Below are positions 23,870-38,267 of a stretch of 64,000 nt of DNA, one piece after another (position 1 is the stretch's first letter; each line of letters opens with the position of its first letter). This DNA comes from Macrostomum lignano (lineage: Eukaryota): NCBI GenBank assembly GCA_002269645.1, contig NIVC01002596.1:94885-158884 (forward strand), given 5' to 3'. Both the position numbers and the translations under genes were made by a program. Under the pieces are notes generated by a model. The model saw nothing but the letters and a program-made list of their open reading frames with translations. It was not told the origin of the DNA and did no database searches.

Positions 23870-24600
23870 CTTTAGGAGACCATAGCACCCTTCAGAAGAC
23901 TATAGCACCCCCAGGAGACCATGACACCCTTCAGGAGACCATGACACCCTTCAAGAGACCATGACACCCTTCAGGAGACCATGACACCCTTCAAGAGACC
24001 ATGACACCCTTCAAGAGACCATGACACCCTTCAGAAGACTATAGCACCCCCAGGAGACCATGACACCCTTCAGGAGACCATGACACCCTTCAAGAGACCA
24101 TGACACCCTTCAAGAGACCATGACACCCTTCAGGAGACCATGACACCCTTCAGGATACCATGACACCCTTCCGGAGACCGTGACACCCTTCAGGATACCA
24201 TGACACCCTTCAGGAGACCATGACACCCTTCATGATACCATGACACCATTCAGGATACCATGACACCCTTCCGGAGACCGTGACACCCTTCAGGATACCA
24301 TGACACCATTCAGGATACCATGACACCCTTCCGGAGACCGTGACACCCTTCAGGAGACCATGACACCCTTCAGGAGACCATGACACCCTTCAGGAGACCA
24401 TGACACCCTTCAGGAGACCATGACACCCTTCCGGAGACCGTGACACCCTTCAGGATACCATGACACCCTTCAGGATACCATGACACCATTCAGGATACCA
24501 TGACACCCTTCAGGATACCATGACACCATTCAGGATACCATGACACCCTTCAGGAAATTATGACACCCTTCAGAAGGCTATAGTAGCCTTCAGGAGACCA
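23870..24600. repeat. 20-bp minisatellite (CCATGACACCCTTCAGGAGA)n between the convergent NCKX and protocadherin 3' ends
   Basis: Exact 20-nt periodicity visible in consecutive lines. Confidence 0.95.
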
Positions 24601-24680
24601 AGTAATGAAATTTCAGGAACGCAGAGTTACGCTAGATCAGACATAAGTGCAATTCTGCACGGAAAGCGAAGCCAGAGAGC

Positions 24681-27600
24681 TCAAAAGTCCATCGTCATCT
24701 TCATGCAGACGCTGCGAGTCTCTGTGCCCCGATGTGCCAGTAGCATTCTCTGAAATTCAATTATTGCCTTTATTACTACTGATAATAATCGAAATTCAGT
24801 AGAGTGAATAGAATTGTATTTTGAAAAAGCACTACCTGATTGGCTGATCGTCGCTTCCTCAAAATTCTGAAGCATAAAATATGAAGACACATCATTCCCT
24901 GACACATCAACATTATAACCAATACGATCGTAAATAATGAGGCACAAGGAAACAAGGAAAACAATCATGAAATCAACCAACCTCCGTCGGCTGCCTGCCC
25001 GTGTCGGGCGTCAACGGCGCTGTGTACACGTTTGCACTGTCCGAGTCGGGCGAATCTCTCGGACAGCTGCCCCCGGACAGTGGCCGGACTGCGGGTTTGC
25101 AAAGCGAATAGTTGGAATCGCGATTTTGGGATTCTGGGGAAGGCCAAGCAGGGGACTATCCATCTAATTGCAGCACCCCCTCTCCTCCTGTCCCCTGTGA
25201 CAGCACCCTCCCCTCCGCTCCTGTCCCTGTGACAGCACCCTCCCCTCCGCTCCTGTCCCTGTGACAGCACCCTCTTCTCTCCTCCTTTCCCCTGTGACAG
25301 CACCCTTCCCTCTCCTCCTGTCCCCTGTGACAGCACCCTCCCCTCTCCTCCTATCCCCTGTGACAGCACCCTCCCCTCTCCTGTCCCCTGTGACAGCACC
25401 CTTCCCTCTCCTGTCCCCTGTGACAGCACCCTCCCCTCTCCTCCTGTCCCCTGTGACAGCACCCTCCCCTCTCCTCCTGTCCCCTGTGACAGCACCCTTC
25501 CCTCTCCTGTCCCCTGTGACAGCACCCTCACCTCTGATGCTGTCCCCTGTGACATCACCCTCACCTCTGCTCCTGTCCCCTGTGACAGCACCCTTCCCCT
25601 CTGCTCTGTCCCCTGTGACAGCACCCTCTTCTCTCCTCCTGTCCCCTGTGACAGCACCCTTCCCCTCTGATCCTGTCCCCTGTGACAGCACCCTCTTCTC
25701 TCCTCCTGTCCCCTGTGACAGCACCCCCTCTCCTCCTGTCCCCTGTGACAGCACCCTCCCCCTCTCCTCCTGTCCCTGTGACAGCACCCTCCCCTCCGCT
25801 CCTGTCCCTGTGACAGCACCCTCTTCTCTCCTCCTTTCCCCTGTGACAGCACCCTTCCCTCTCCTCCTGTCCCCTGTGACAGCACCCTCCCCTCTCCTCC
25901 TATCCCCTGTGACAGCACCCTCCCCTCTCCTGTCCCCTGTGACAGCACCCTTCCCTCTCCTGTCCCCTGTGACAGCACCCTCCCCTCTCCTCCTGTCCCC
26001 TGTGACAGCACCCTCCCCTCTCCTCCTGTCCCCTGTGACAGCACCCTTCCCTCTCCTGTCCCCTGTGACAGCACCCTCACCTCTGATGCTGTCCCCTGTG
26101 ACAGCACCCTTCCCTTCTGCTCCTGTCCCCTGTGACAGCACCCTCTTCTCTCCTCCTGTCCCCTGTGACAGCATCCTCCTGCTGGTATCTCATCAGCCCC
26201 CTCACCAGTGGGCGGCTTGCACGCTGACAGGACTTCCGTCTCCTCGGGGTTGCCTCCTGGCGCACCCGGTTGCCGGGCGGTTCGCCGGCTCCAGCGCCCG
26301 CGGCCTCTCCGACACCGCAGGCAGGCGATGGCGGCCAGCAGCGGCGCTGAGACGCCTAGAGTGGCCGTTACCATAGCAACCAATACTACTATACTGGCGT
26401 CCGAAGCGACTGAAGCCACGGCCCAAGAAGACGAAGGAAACTGCCGGGCTGGCGGCGGCGGCGGCGTCTCAACAATGGTGACCTGCAACAGCGATTGTCT
26501 GTGAGGCGTCATCCACACCGATCCAGCCGGGCACTTGAGCTCCCATACCCTGACACCTAAGTCTCCATACCCTGACACCTAAGTCTCCATTCACTGACAC
26601 CTAAGCTCCCATACCCTGACACCTAAGCTCCCATTCCCTGACACCTAAGCTCCCAGTCCCTGACACCTAAGCTCCCATACCCTGACACCTAAGCTCCCAT
26701 TCCCTGACACCTAAGCTCCCATTCCCTGACACCTAAGCTCCCATTCCCTGACACCTAAGCTCCCATTCCCTGACACCTAAGCTCCCATTCCCTGACACCT
26801 AAGCTCCCATTCCCTGACACCTAAGCTCCCATACCCTGACACCTAAGCTCCCATTCCCTGACACCTAAGCTCCCATACCCTGACACCTAAGCTCCCATTC
26901 CCTGACACCTAAGCTCCCATTCCCTGACATGATGAAAAGATGATGATGCCGGGCACAATTTAAAAGTCAAAGAGGCTGCTGTACACCCTGTGTGAGCGTG
27001 GGCGCACTCAGAAAAGTCCCCAATCCCTCGGGCACCTGCAGCATCGCAGTGCTGGACATCGGCGGCTTCCCGCAGTCCTCAGCCGTCAGCTCCAGCACGA
27101 AGACCGCGCCCAGCAGCTTCCGCCGCGTCTCCTTCGTCAGCGTTGCCGCCAAAGTTGTCAGGTCGCCGGAGCCTGGCGCCACTTCAAAGAGTTGCCGACC
27201 TTCCTCGGGTCGGACACTTTTCAGTCGATAGGCGACTTTGCCGTTGGCTCCGGCGTCCGAGTCCGCAGCCCGGAGGCGGAGGATCGGTCGGCCTGCCGGG
27301 TGCTCCAGGCTGACGTTCACGGCGGCGGCGGAGGAGGCCGGCGGCTGCTGCCAGACGGGCCGGTTGTCGTTGAGGTCCAGGACCCGGACTCGAACCCGGG
27401 CTGACGATCGGCCGTCCGCGCCGTCGTCAGCGACGATCTGATGGCGATTTTTTTAAAAGTTTTCATTGTTAATGAAGGGATGCTTGAAGCCTGAGAACCT
27501 CAGGCTGGCCCAGCAACTGAAGATCTTGGAGGCTGGCACAGCAACTGAAGATCTGGGAGGCTGGCCCAGCAACTGAAGATCTGGGAGGCTGGCCCAGCAA

Positions 27601-29846
27601 CTGAAGATCTGGGAGGCTGGCCCAGCAACTGAGGACCTGGGAGGCTGGCCCAGCAACTGAGGATCTGGGAGGCTGGCCTAGTAACTGAGGATCTGGGAAG
27701 CTGGCCCGCCAACTGAGGATCTGGGAGGCTGGCCTAGCAACTGAGGATCTGGGAGGCTGGCCTAGCAACTGAGGATCTGGGAGGCTGGCCTAGCAACTGA
27801 GGATCTGGGAGGCTGGCCTAGCAACTGAGGATCTGGGAGGCTGGCCTAGCAACGGAGGATCTGGGAGGCTGGCCTAGCAACTGAGGATCTGGGAGGCTGG
27901 CCCAGCAACTGAGGACCTTGGAGGTTCAAAAGATGCTGCTGAACTCGAAGCGGCTCGCCTGAAAATCGTAGACTTCGCGGGCCTCCCGGTTCAGCAGACG
28001 CCGCCCAGTGACCAGCCGGCCATCGTCAGTGACTTCGAAGGCGGCGTCGACCTCGCCGTCCGGCAGCAGCCGATAGGCGACTCGCCGATGCCTCGGCTCT
28101 GCGTCGCCGTCGATGGCCGCGACGCTGCCGATCAGCCGGCCGGGCGGCGAGTTCTCGGCTACGGCGAAGTCGAACCCGCCGGTGGGGGCGCCGACGAACT
28201 CCGGCCGGCAGTCGTTGACATCGACAATCTGGACAATGACGGTGGCGGTGGTGGTGTGGCGCGGCCGACCGGCCGGATCTTCGGAGTCGCCCAGATCCAC
28301 GGCGCAGACCGTGACGTTGACCACGGGATCGAGCAGCGACTCGCGGTCGAAGCTGCGACGAGCTCGCAGCTCCCCGGTCAGTCGGTCGACGTCGAAATCC
28401 GGCGAAGAGGCCGGCGTTGAAGCTCCGCCGCTGCCGCAAAGTTGGTAGCGCAGCTCCGCGTTTTCGCCTTCGTCGGCGTCAACGGCAGAGAGCTGGGCGA
28501 CTACTAGACCGGGAGGTTCGTTCTCGGGTAGGCGCACCGTCAGGGGGCTGCGCTCGAACACCGGCGGGGAGTCGTTCTCGTCGGTGACTCGAATCTGGGG
28601 GAGGGGTTTGGGATCAGGGGAGATTCGGGTTTGGGATCAGGGGAGATTCGGGTTTGGGATCAGGGGAGATTCGGGTTTGGGATCAGGGGAGATTCGGGTT
28701 TGGGATCAGGGGAGATTCGGGTTTGGGATCAGAGGAGATTCAGGTTTGGGATCAGGGGAGATTCGGGTTTGGGATCAGGGGAGATTTGGGTTTGGGATCA
28801 GGGGAGATGTGGGTTTGGGATCAGAGGAGATTCGGGTTTGGGATCAGGGGAGATTTGGGTTTGGGATCAGGGGAGATGTGGGTTTGGGATCAGAGGAGAT
28901 TCGGGTTTGGGATCAGGGGAGATTCGGGTTTGGGATCAGGGGAGATGTGGATTTGGGATCAGGGAAGATGTGGCTTTGGGATCAGGGGAGATGTGGATTT
29001 GGGATCAGGGGAGATTTGGGTTTGGGATCAGGGGAGATGTGGGTTTGGGATCAGGGGAGATGTGGCTTTGGGATCAGGGGAGATTCGGGTTCGGGATCAG
29101 GGGAGATTTGGATTTGGGATCAGGGGAGATTCGGGTTTGGGATCAGGGGAGATTTGGGTTTGAGATCAGGGGAGATTTGGGATCTGGCAACTCACCTGAA
29201 GTCGCCTCTCTGTCAGCAGACTCGGCGAGCCGTTGTCGTTGCAGACGATCTTGACGCTGGTCACGCCGGGCGGCGGCAGGGACTCGCGATCGAATCGGCG
29301 ACTGGTAACCAGGCGGAACTGGCCGCGAGCCGACCTGTACAGCGGCAGCAGCCCGAAGTCCGATTGGGGCTCTGACTGGCAGCTCACAGGCGGCTGCTGC
29401 TCAGGGCTGCTGCGGTGATGGAGCATCGGGGACGGGCGATTGATGGTCGTGATGGTGATGATGAGGATGATGATGGTGATGATGATGATAGTGGTGATGA
29501 TGGTGATGATGAGGATGATGATGATGATGGTGATGATGATGGTGATGATGATGGTGATGATGATGGTGATGATGATGGTGGTGATGATGATGGTGATGAT
29601 GATGGTGATGATGATGGTGATGATGATGATGATGGTGATGATGATGGTGATGATGATGGTGATGATGATGATGGTGATGATGGTGGTGTTGATGATGGTG
29701 ATGATGGTTATGATGATGATGAGGATGATGATAATGATGATGATGATGGTGGTGATGATGATGTTGGTGGTGATGATGATGGTGATGATGATGGTGATGA
29801 TGGTGATGATGATGGTGGTGATGATGATGGTGATGATGATGGTGAT

Positions 29847-29879
<33 letters not shown>

Positions 29880-32800
29880 GATGATGAGGATGATGATGAT
29901 GATGGTGATGATGATGGTGATGATGATAATGATGATGACTAGCTTATCAAAAGTCACCCAGCAAAGTCCCGCACCCTGGCCATTTGTCATCGCCGTCACT
30001 GACATCCAGCGAAGCCACCAAGGTGTTCACTGGCGCGTTCTCGGCCACCTCCAGCTGGTCAGGATCGGAGCCGGCGCCCATGACGGAGATCACGGGTGGG
30101 TTGTCGTTCTCGTTGATCAGTTCCACCTGGAGGGTTGATGTTGTCCTGGTGCTTGGAGACTTTATGTCCAATGATTTTGATTGCTGATTCACTGGCTCAT
30201 GATTCAATGACTCCTGATTCCCCGACTCCTGATTCACTGACTCCTCATTCACCGACTCCTCATTCACTGACTCGTCATTCACCGACTCCTCATTCACTGA
30301 CTCCTCATTCACTGACTCTTCATCCACCGACTCCTCATTCACCGACTCCTCATTCACCGACTCCTCATTCACTGACTCCTCATTCACCGACTCCTCATTC
30401 ACTGACTCGTCATTCACCGACTCCTCATTCACCGACTCCTCATTCACCGACTCCTCATTCACCGACTCCTCATTCACCGACTCCTCATTCACCGACTCCT
30501 CATTCACCGACTCCTCATTCACCGACTCCTCATTCACCGACTCCTCATTCACCGACTCCTCATTCACCGACTCCTCATTCATCAAATTCTCATTCACCGA
30601 ATCCTCATTCACCGACTCCTCATTCACTGACTCCTCATTCACCGACTCCTCATTCACCGACTCCTCATTCACCGACTCCTCATTCACCGACTCCTCATTC
30701 ACCGACTCCTCATTCACCGACTCCTCATTCACCGACTCCTCATTCACCGACTCCTCATTCACCGACTCCTCATTCACTGACTCGTCATTCACCGACTCCT
30801 CATTCACTGACTCGTCATTCACCGACTCCTCATTCACCGACTCCTCATTCACCGACTCCTCATTCACCGACTCCTCATTCACCGACTCCTCATTCACCGA
30901 CTCCTCATTCACCGACTCCTCATTCACCGACTCCTCATTCACCGACTCCTCATTCACTGACTCCTCATTCACCGACTCCTCATTCACCGACTCCTCATTC
31001 ACCGACTCCTCATTCACCGACTCCTCATTCACCGACTCCTCATTCACTGACTCCTCATTCACCGACTCCTCATTCACCGACTCCTCATTCACTGACTCCT
31101 CATTCACCGACTCTTCATCCACCAAATCCTCATTCACCGAATCCTGATTCACCGACTCCTCATTCACCAACTCTTCATTCATCAACTCCTCATTCACCGA
31201 ATCCTGATTCACAAATTCCTCATTCACAGATTCGAGATTCACTAACTCCTCATTCACCGACTCCTGATTCACAGATTCCAGATTCACTGACTCCTCATTC
31301 ACCAACTCCTCATTCACCGAATCCTGATTCACCGACTCCTCATTCACCAACTCTTCATTCATCAACTCCTCATTCACCGAATCCTGATTCACAAATTCCT
31401 CATTCACAGATTCGAGATTCACTAACTCCTCATTCACCGAATCCTGATTCACAAATTCCTCATTCACAGATTCGAGATTCACTAACTCCTCATTCACCGA
31501 CTCCTGATTCACAGATTCCAGATTCACTGACTCCTGATTCACCAGTTACTGATTCACATATCCTTCTAATATAGTATATATTGAGTATAACTTATACAAT
31601 ATACAGGGCAGCTATCCAGCTTCAGTCTCAACAAAGCCAACACCCCAAAAGTCACCTGACAAGTCTTAACTCCCTGTCTGTGTGTCAGTGAGCCAGCTTG
31701 AAAAAAATCAAAGCAAGGCGAAAAAAGCTCGGATCAAATGACCCCCAGGGCAGAAACCGAGCCCAGCTTATCTATCGGATTTCCAACCTCCCCATCAACC
31801 GGAATCTCTTTGATGAGCGTGGATCAAACAAAAAAACGACGGAACAAGCAATACTCCCAGTCCTTTGAAGTTAGAGTTGGTACTGTTTTAGGTCACAGTC
31901 AAGTTGGATGTTAATAACTGCATTTCCAATTATCCTTTTGTATGTATTGGTGACGATGTTGTTGTGCATGTTTTACTCGTTCATCATAAACACCCTCTGA
32001 ATGACCTCAGTTGAATCCAGTTGGATGGAGATGAGGTTGGGATGAGGATGGAGATGAGGCTGGGGATGAGGATGGAGATGAGGTTGAAGATGAGGTTGGA
32101 GATGAGGATGTAGATGAGGATGGAGATGAGGTTGAGATGAGGATGGAGATAAGGTTGGAGATGAGGCACAAGATGAGGATGGAGATGAGGATGGAGATGA
32201 GGCTGGGATGAAGCTGGGGATGAGGATGGAGATGATGAGGCGGGGGATGAGGATGGAGATGAGGCTGGGATGAGGATGGAGATGAGGCTTGGGATGAGGA
32301 TAAAGATGAGGCACAAGATGGGGATGGAGATGAGGCTAGAGCTCAGGCTTGGGATGAGGCTGACGATGAGGAGGGGATGAGGCTGGGAATGCGGATGGAG
32401 GTGAGGCTGGGGATGAGAAGGGTGATGAGGCTAAAGAGGAGCAGCTCAGGCATTCTATCCCAAGGCTCACCAGAACCGCAGCCTCAGCGCCGTGTTGGCC
32501 ATCCGAGACGCTCAGCGGCAGGCGGTACCGCCGTCGAGTTTCAAAGTCAAGCGGCCTGGCTGGCGCTACGGCGCCGGTGACAGCGTCGACATGAAAGTCA
32601 GCGGCCGTGCCGGGGTCGGCGCCGTCGCCCAGCCGGTAGGTCAGCCGGTCGTTAGAATCGATGTCCACGGCTGCCAGCCGGAGGAACTCGCGGCCAACAG
32701 GCTGGGACTCGGACAGACCGAGGCGGGCGGGAACGCTGCCGGCCGGGAATCGAGGCGGATTGTCGTTGATGTCGACAACGGTGACGAGCACCGTCAGGGA

Positions 32801-35189
32801 GCCGGTGAGCGGCGAGGGCCGGCCGTCGTCTACTGCCAGAAGGATCAGCTGGTGCCTCGTCGGCTGGTCAGCGTCGTCAGCGTCCAAGTCGACGAGCAGC
32901 TCGAGGCTCGGCGGTGGCGGCGGCGGCGGCGTCACCAGCGACGATGAGAAGTCGCCAGCAGCGTCAACAAGTCGAAACCGACCGCCAGCTGAGTCCGCCA
33001 GGGTGTACCTCCGGGTGCTGTTCTGCGGCGCCCTGTCTGGGTCCGCGGCGGGTGGCAGTGCGAAGCGGCTGCCCACCTGAGAGTGCTCCCGGATGTCCAG
33101 CCTCAGCTGCGTCGAGTTGCTGCCACCGCCGCCAGCCGCTGCTGCCGGCCGCCAGCTCGGCGCGTTGTCGTTGACATCCTTGATAAGGAGGTTCAGCCGG
33201 ACAACGGCTCGGAGACGCCCGCCCAGTGGCAGCTCCACCACGGCGAGCGTCAGACTGAGCTGGACGTCCTGGCGGCTGCAGGTGCCGGCCTCGGGGCAGA
33301 GCAACTCGCGGTCCACCTTCGGGTGATGACGAATCTGCAGATGTGACTGCTTTAGCTCTCCCTATTCCCCCTCATCTCCCGCTCTCTCCATATTCCCCCT
33401 CATCTCCCGCTCTCTCCATATTCCCCCTCATCTCCCACTCTCTCCATATTCCCCCTCATCTCCCACTCTCTCCATATTCCCCCTCATCTCCCGCTCTCTC
33501 CATATTCCCCCTCATCTCCCGCTCTCTCCATATTCCCCCTCATCTCCCGCTCTCTCCATATTCCCCCTCATCTCCCGCTCTCTCCATATTCCCCCTCATC
33601 TCCCACTCTCTCCATATTCCCCCTCATCTCCCGCTCTCTCCATATTCCCCCTCATCTCCCGCTCTCTCCATATTCCCCCTCATCTCCCGCTCTCTCCATA
33701 TTCCCCCTCATCTCCCGCTCTCTCCATATTCCCCCTCATCTCCCACTCTCTCCATACTCCCCCTCATCTCCCGCTCTCTCCATATTCCCCCTCATCTCCC
33801 ACTCTCTCCATATTCCCCCTCATCTCCCGCTCTCTCCATATTCCCCCTCATCTCCCACGCTCTCCATATTCCCCCTCATCTCCCGCTCTCTCCATATTCC
33901 CCCTCATCTCCCGCTCTCTCCATATTCCCCCTCATCTCCCGCTCTCTCCATATTCCCCCTCATCTCCCGCTCTCCATATTCCCCCTCATCTCCCACTCTC
34001 CCTATTCCCCCTCATCTCCCACTCTCCCTATTCCCCTTCATCTCCCGCTCTCTCCATATTCCCCCTCATCTCCCACTCTCTCCATATTCCCCCTCATCTC
34101 CCACTCTCCCTATTCCCCCTCATCTCCCACTCTCTCCATATTCCCCCTCATCTCCCGCTCTCTCCATATTCCCCCTCATCTCCCACTCTCTCCATATTCC
34201 CCCTCATCTCCCACTCTCTCCATATTCCCCCTCATCTCCCGCTCTCTCCATATTCCCCCTCATCTCCCGCTCTCTCCATATTCCCCCTCATCTCCCACTC
34301 TCTCCATATTCCCCCTCATCTCCCACTCTCTCCATATTCCCCCTCATCTCCCACTCTCTCCATATTCCCCCTCATCTCCCACTCTCCCTATTCCCCCTCA
34401 TCTCCCACTCTCCCTATTCCCCTTCATCTCCCGCTCTCTCCCTATTCCCTTCCCCTTCATCTCCCGCTCTCTCCCTATTCCCTCCCCCTCATCTCCCGCT
34501 CTCTCCCTATTCCCTTCCCCTTCATCTCCCGCTCTCTCCCTATTCCCTACCCCTCATCTCCCGCTCTCTCCCTATTCCCTTCCCCTTCATCTCCCGCTCT
34601 CTCCCTACTCCCTCCCCCTCATCTCCCGCTCTCTCCCTACTCCCCCCTCATCTCCCGCTCTCTCCCCACTCCCTCCCCCTCATCTCCCGCTCTCTCCCTA
34701 CTCCCCCCTCATCTCCCGCTCTCTCCCTACTCCTTCCCCCTCATCTCCCGCTCTCTCCCCACTCCCTCCCCCTCATCTCCCGCTCTCTCCCCACTCCCTC
34801 CCCCTCATCTCCCGCTCTCTCCCCCACTCCGATCCCCACAGAACTGGGACACGAACCCTCCTGGCGAGCGCGACTTCCCCGCTGCGGCCACTCAGCCTGA
34901 AGAAGCGGCCGCCGCCTCCCGCATCCAGCAGCCGGTATTCGCAGTCGCCGCCGCAGTCCAGCACCGAGCGCCGAGCCGCCTCCCGATCAACACCGTCAAG
35001 AAGCTGCCGACACAGCCAGGGAACACTGGCCACCACCGTGCCGACTGGGAGCTCCTCGGGGAATTCGTGACTGAGCCAAACAGCTTGCTGGATTGTTGCG
35101 GCATCAACGCAGTCTGTCGCAGCTGTCAGGAGCAGCAGGCTGGCACAGGCGATGGGGAGCATGGCAAGTCTGCAGTATGGAGGGCTCAT
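24681..35189 (-). CDS. Protocadherin-like protein: signal peptide, 7 cadherin repeats, TM helix, short cytoplasmic tail; 9 coding exons
   Basis: Phase-consistent exons 35189-34857, 33316-32471, 30126-29975, 29409-29196, 28594-27959, 27437-27036, 26482-26206, 25133-24982, 24749-24681. Motifs EE/E, DRE/LDFE, AxDxG, DxNDNxP in each repeat; TM IVVLVAMVTATLGVSAPLLAAIACL. The last two exons are less certain. Confidence 0.88.
25175..26172. repeat. 27-30-bp minisatellite (CTCCTCCTGTCCCCTGTGACAGCACCCTCCCC) in protocadherin intron 7
   Basis: Tandem units with a ~549-bp higher-order duplication (25261 vs 25810). Confidence 0.95.
26545..26928. repeat. 22-bp minisatellite (CCCTGACACCTAAGCTCCCATT)n in protocadherin intron 6
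   Basis: Tandem units. Confidence 0.95.
27500..27920. repeat. 29-bp minisatellite (GGCTGGCCTAGCAACTGAGGATCTGGGAG-like) in protocadherin intron 5
   Basis: Tandem units; the 29-aa period over three units in ORF translations confirms unit length. Confidence 0.93.
28603..29185. repeat. 23-bp minisatellite (GGGATCAGGGGAGATTCGGGTTT)n in protocadherin intron 4
   Basis: Fills almost the whole 601-nt intron. Confidence 0.95.
29440..29940. repeat. (GAT/GGT)n trinucleotide microsatellite in protocadherin intron 3
   Basis: Produces spurious poly-D/M/I ORFs. Confidence 0.97.
30195..31555. repeat. 15-bp minisatellite (CTCCTCATTCACCGA)n in protocadherin intron 2
   Basis: Exact 15-nt periodicity, degenerate at both ends. 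Confidence 0.97.
32030..32440. repeat. Degenerate GGATGA/GAGATGAG repeat in protocadherin intron 2
   Basis: Purine-rich short units next to donor 32470. Confidence 0.85.
33355..34830. repeat. 28-bp minisatellite (CTCTCCATATTCCCCCTCATCTCCCGCT)n in protocadherin intron 1
   Basis: Fills ~1.48 kb of a 1.54-kb intron. Confidence 0.97.
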
Positions 35190-35465
35190 TGTTTAGAACA
35201 ATGTCGGACAAACTGCGTCCCAACTCGGAGCGCTCAGTCAAGGCGGTATTTGAAGCATTCACCGATTAAAAATCATCAGTGACAACGTGCTTCTTTATTG
35301 TTCTGCACTTCAACAATCCATCTTGATTGGTCTCTCAAACTAAACAGCTGGGAACTCCGCGTGCGCTTAGTTGCCACCCGGATCTCACGTTGGGATCGAT
35401 GGGATCTAAGTCAAAAAGCACAAAAGTTCGCTTTCAATTTCAGTAATAATGTAACTTGAAAACGG

Positions 35466-35922
<457 letters not shown>

Positions 35923-38267
35923 CCCTCCATAGAAGCAGCATGCAGGCAGCACCGTGCAGACCATAAAGTTGTTGCTACCCGCTGTGGCACTCGTAAAACC
36001 CTGTCTGCCAGCATTGTTTCCGGGCACAGTTTACGCCTGTTTTCTTTCTGTCTCGATATTCTTTCAGCAGAATTTATGCACCCAAAGCCTATTCTAGGTT
36101 CTCCTTCCTCGGATGCTGATTGGCGCTTAATTAGCTGTGCATTATACGAGGTGTAGTTTTGTAACTTAAAAAGTGCTCTTTCTCTACATATCGGCTCCAG
36201 TATTCCCTCGATAATGTGGGGTCAAATCTTCAGTAAGTTTTTCACTGGTTCCAAACTTTTGTGCACCGACTTCGATTTTGCGTATAGATAAAATCATTGA
36301 GGTAATTGGAATAAATATAAACAGGACTCGAACTCGGGACCTTTTGGCTTAAGACAACGTTTCTGCGTTTTATTTGCGAGTCTTTAATTGACCTCTATGG
36401 TTCAAACGGATTCCTGATTTCTTTATTTTCACACTTACAGCTGAAATCCATCAATTCAACTCGCAGTTGGACTGACAGCTTTGCTAATTAACTGCATTTC
36501 CTGTCTTCGGCGTCTTTCTGTGTTTTTTAGCTCGCTTCAGTAAATTTTCCTTTAAACTGTTGTCGTTTAAAAAATTCTGTCCAGCTGCTTTCACAAAGAA
36601 TGATGGAAATTGTCGCTTTTGCAAGTATTTGAGGACTAGCAATGCTAGACTTCCCTGCATCATAGCTTGAGTTGCTATCCTATACTTGCTTGGCCAAGAA
36701 CAAATGAAAGGTTATTTGCAATTGTTCGAGTTGATTCGAGCATGAACTAATTAGTACAATAGTACGATTTTTAATTGCCCTGGGACAAGTTAAGATGGCT
36801 AGGATGATAGCTGAAGGCGATCCATGGAGTTCCGCACATAGAAACTGGAATCGCTAAATGTCAAATGTTTGATCAGATAGAAATAAAAATTGTTTTGTCT
36901 GAGGTTGATTCAACCGGCTTTCTCAAAAGGTTTTCCTTCTAAATACCTGCCCTGGAATAGGATTTTACCATAGACGAAAGTCACGAAACAGTCGTGATAA
37001 AATCCTGCTGGAAAATAAGACAATGCATATAGACAGAAACATCTTCCCAGTGCATTGTCCATAAGACACAGCCTGGAGTAATGACAAACTCAATTGGCCA
37101 TTATTTCAGCTTTGGCAGGCGGTTGAACCATAGACGATTAGTTAACTATGCATTTATTAACTGACATAAGGGAATAATCGCAAATCTGGAATTCCAGATT
37201 CAGAATTGTGGAATACACTGAAAAAAGGATAGTCAAGACATTTTAGCTAACAAACAATGGAAAACGCACACATTAAGCACAAAAACAACACAGTAGTCAT
37301 GGACTGTTCATCAGAAGTTGCTCATTAAAACTGAAACGTGCAATCTCCTCCGCTGCGGTCTCAAAGAAGCGAACTGCGCATTCCGAATCCATCCGACCTG
37401 CAGATTAATGGACAATGTAAAAAATTTAGTTTCTATATAGCCGTTAGTATAGCCACTAATTTACTTACAATTTTGACACTACTTACCATGCTTCGCCCGC
37501 ATCCCCTGTGTCACCTCCACTGAAGCAAGGTCGAACGGTTCGTTCAGTCGTCGACAAGAAGATTTTTCCAATTAATAAGCGGGGCTGTTTGACGAGATGC
37601 ACCATCAGCCATAGTTGTTTGACAAGACAAATAGCTTTCACTCGCACTACCCGCTTTCCTGATTTCTTGCAAGACGCAAACGAAATCAGCACTCATCACA
37701 GTGTTGTCTATGGTCAAACTAAGACACACATCTCAGTCGTCTATGGGTAAAATAACTCTCAAAACAGCCAATTAAGGCGTGATAAAAAGTGTGAAATAAT
37801 GACCGCTTCCGGCACGCTGAAATAATGGCCTCTATGTGTCTTATAGACAATGACGTTGCGTAGTAGGTAAGGGACTGAAATAAAGAACACAGAAGGTCAT
37901 CCATGAAGTTCAAAATAACACAACATATAACAAGAGCAAGCTTACTTATGATAACTTTGCAATGCTCTGACCAATTTGTTAGTCTGTAATTGGAGATGAG
38001 TGACTTAAGAATGAAAAAAATGGCCATGGGTATTTAGACAGCTGTAGGCAGTGCAACAGGGTAACCGGATCCTGCAGTGCTGGATCGGTTGTCACTACAC
38101 AGCGTAACAATGTACGCTTGTACAGAGAGATGATCGATTGCATCAGTGAGAGTGATCTGCCGATGTAAACATGATGTTTATCATCAATACGCGACTCGTT
38201 ATATTACTGAGGCTTCGTCACTATGCCATGGGGATTGAACCATGGACAGCGAAAGTAGCGCGAATCG

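Noticed and set aside
36321-36360. tRNA-like T-arm on the minus strand (AAGGTCCCGAGTTCGAGTCC)
   Set aside because: Only a B-box-like half is present, with no A-box, D-arm or acceptor stem; at most a SINE or tRNA scrap.
36560-38050. Possible coding region or TE with recurring TAAGACACA and GTCTATGG(G)TAAAAT words
   Set aside because: No coherent frame or recognisable domain on either strand, and the repeats are too short and scattered to define an element.
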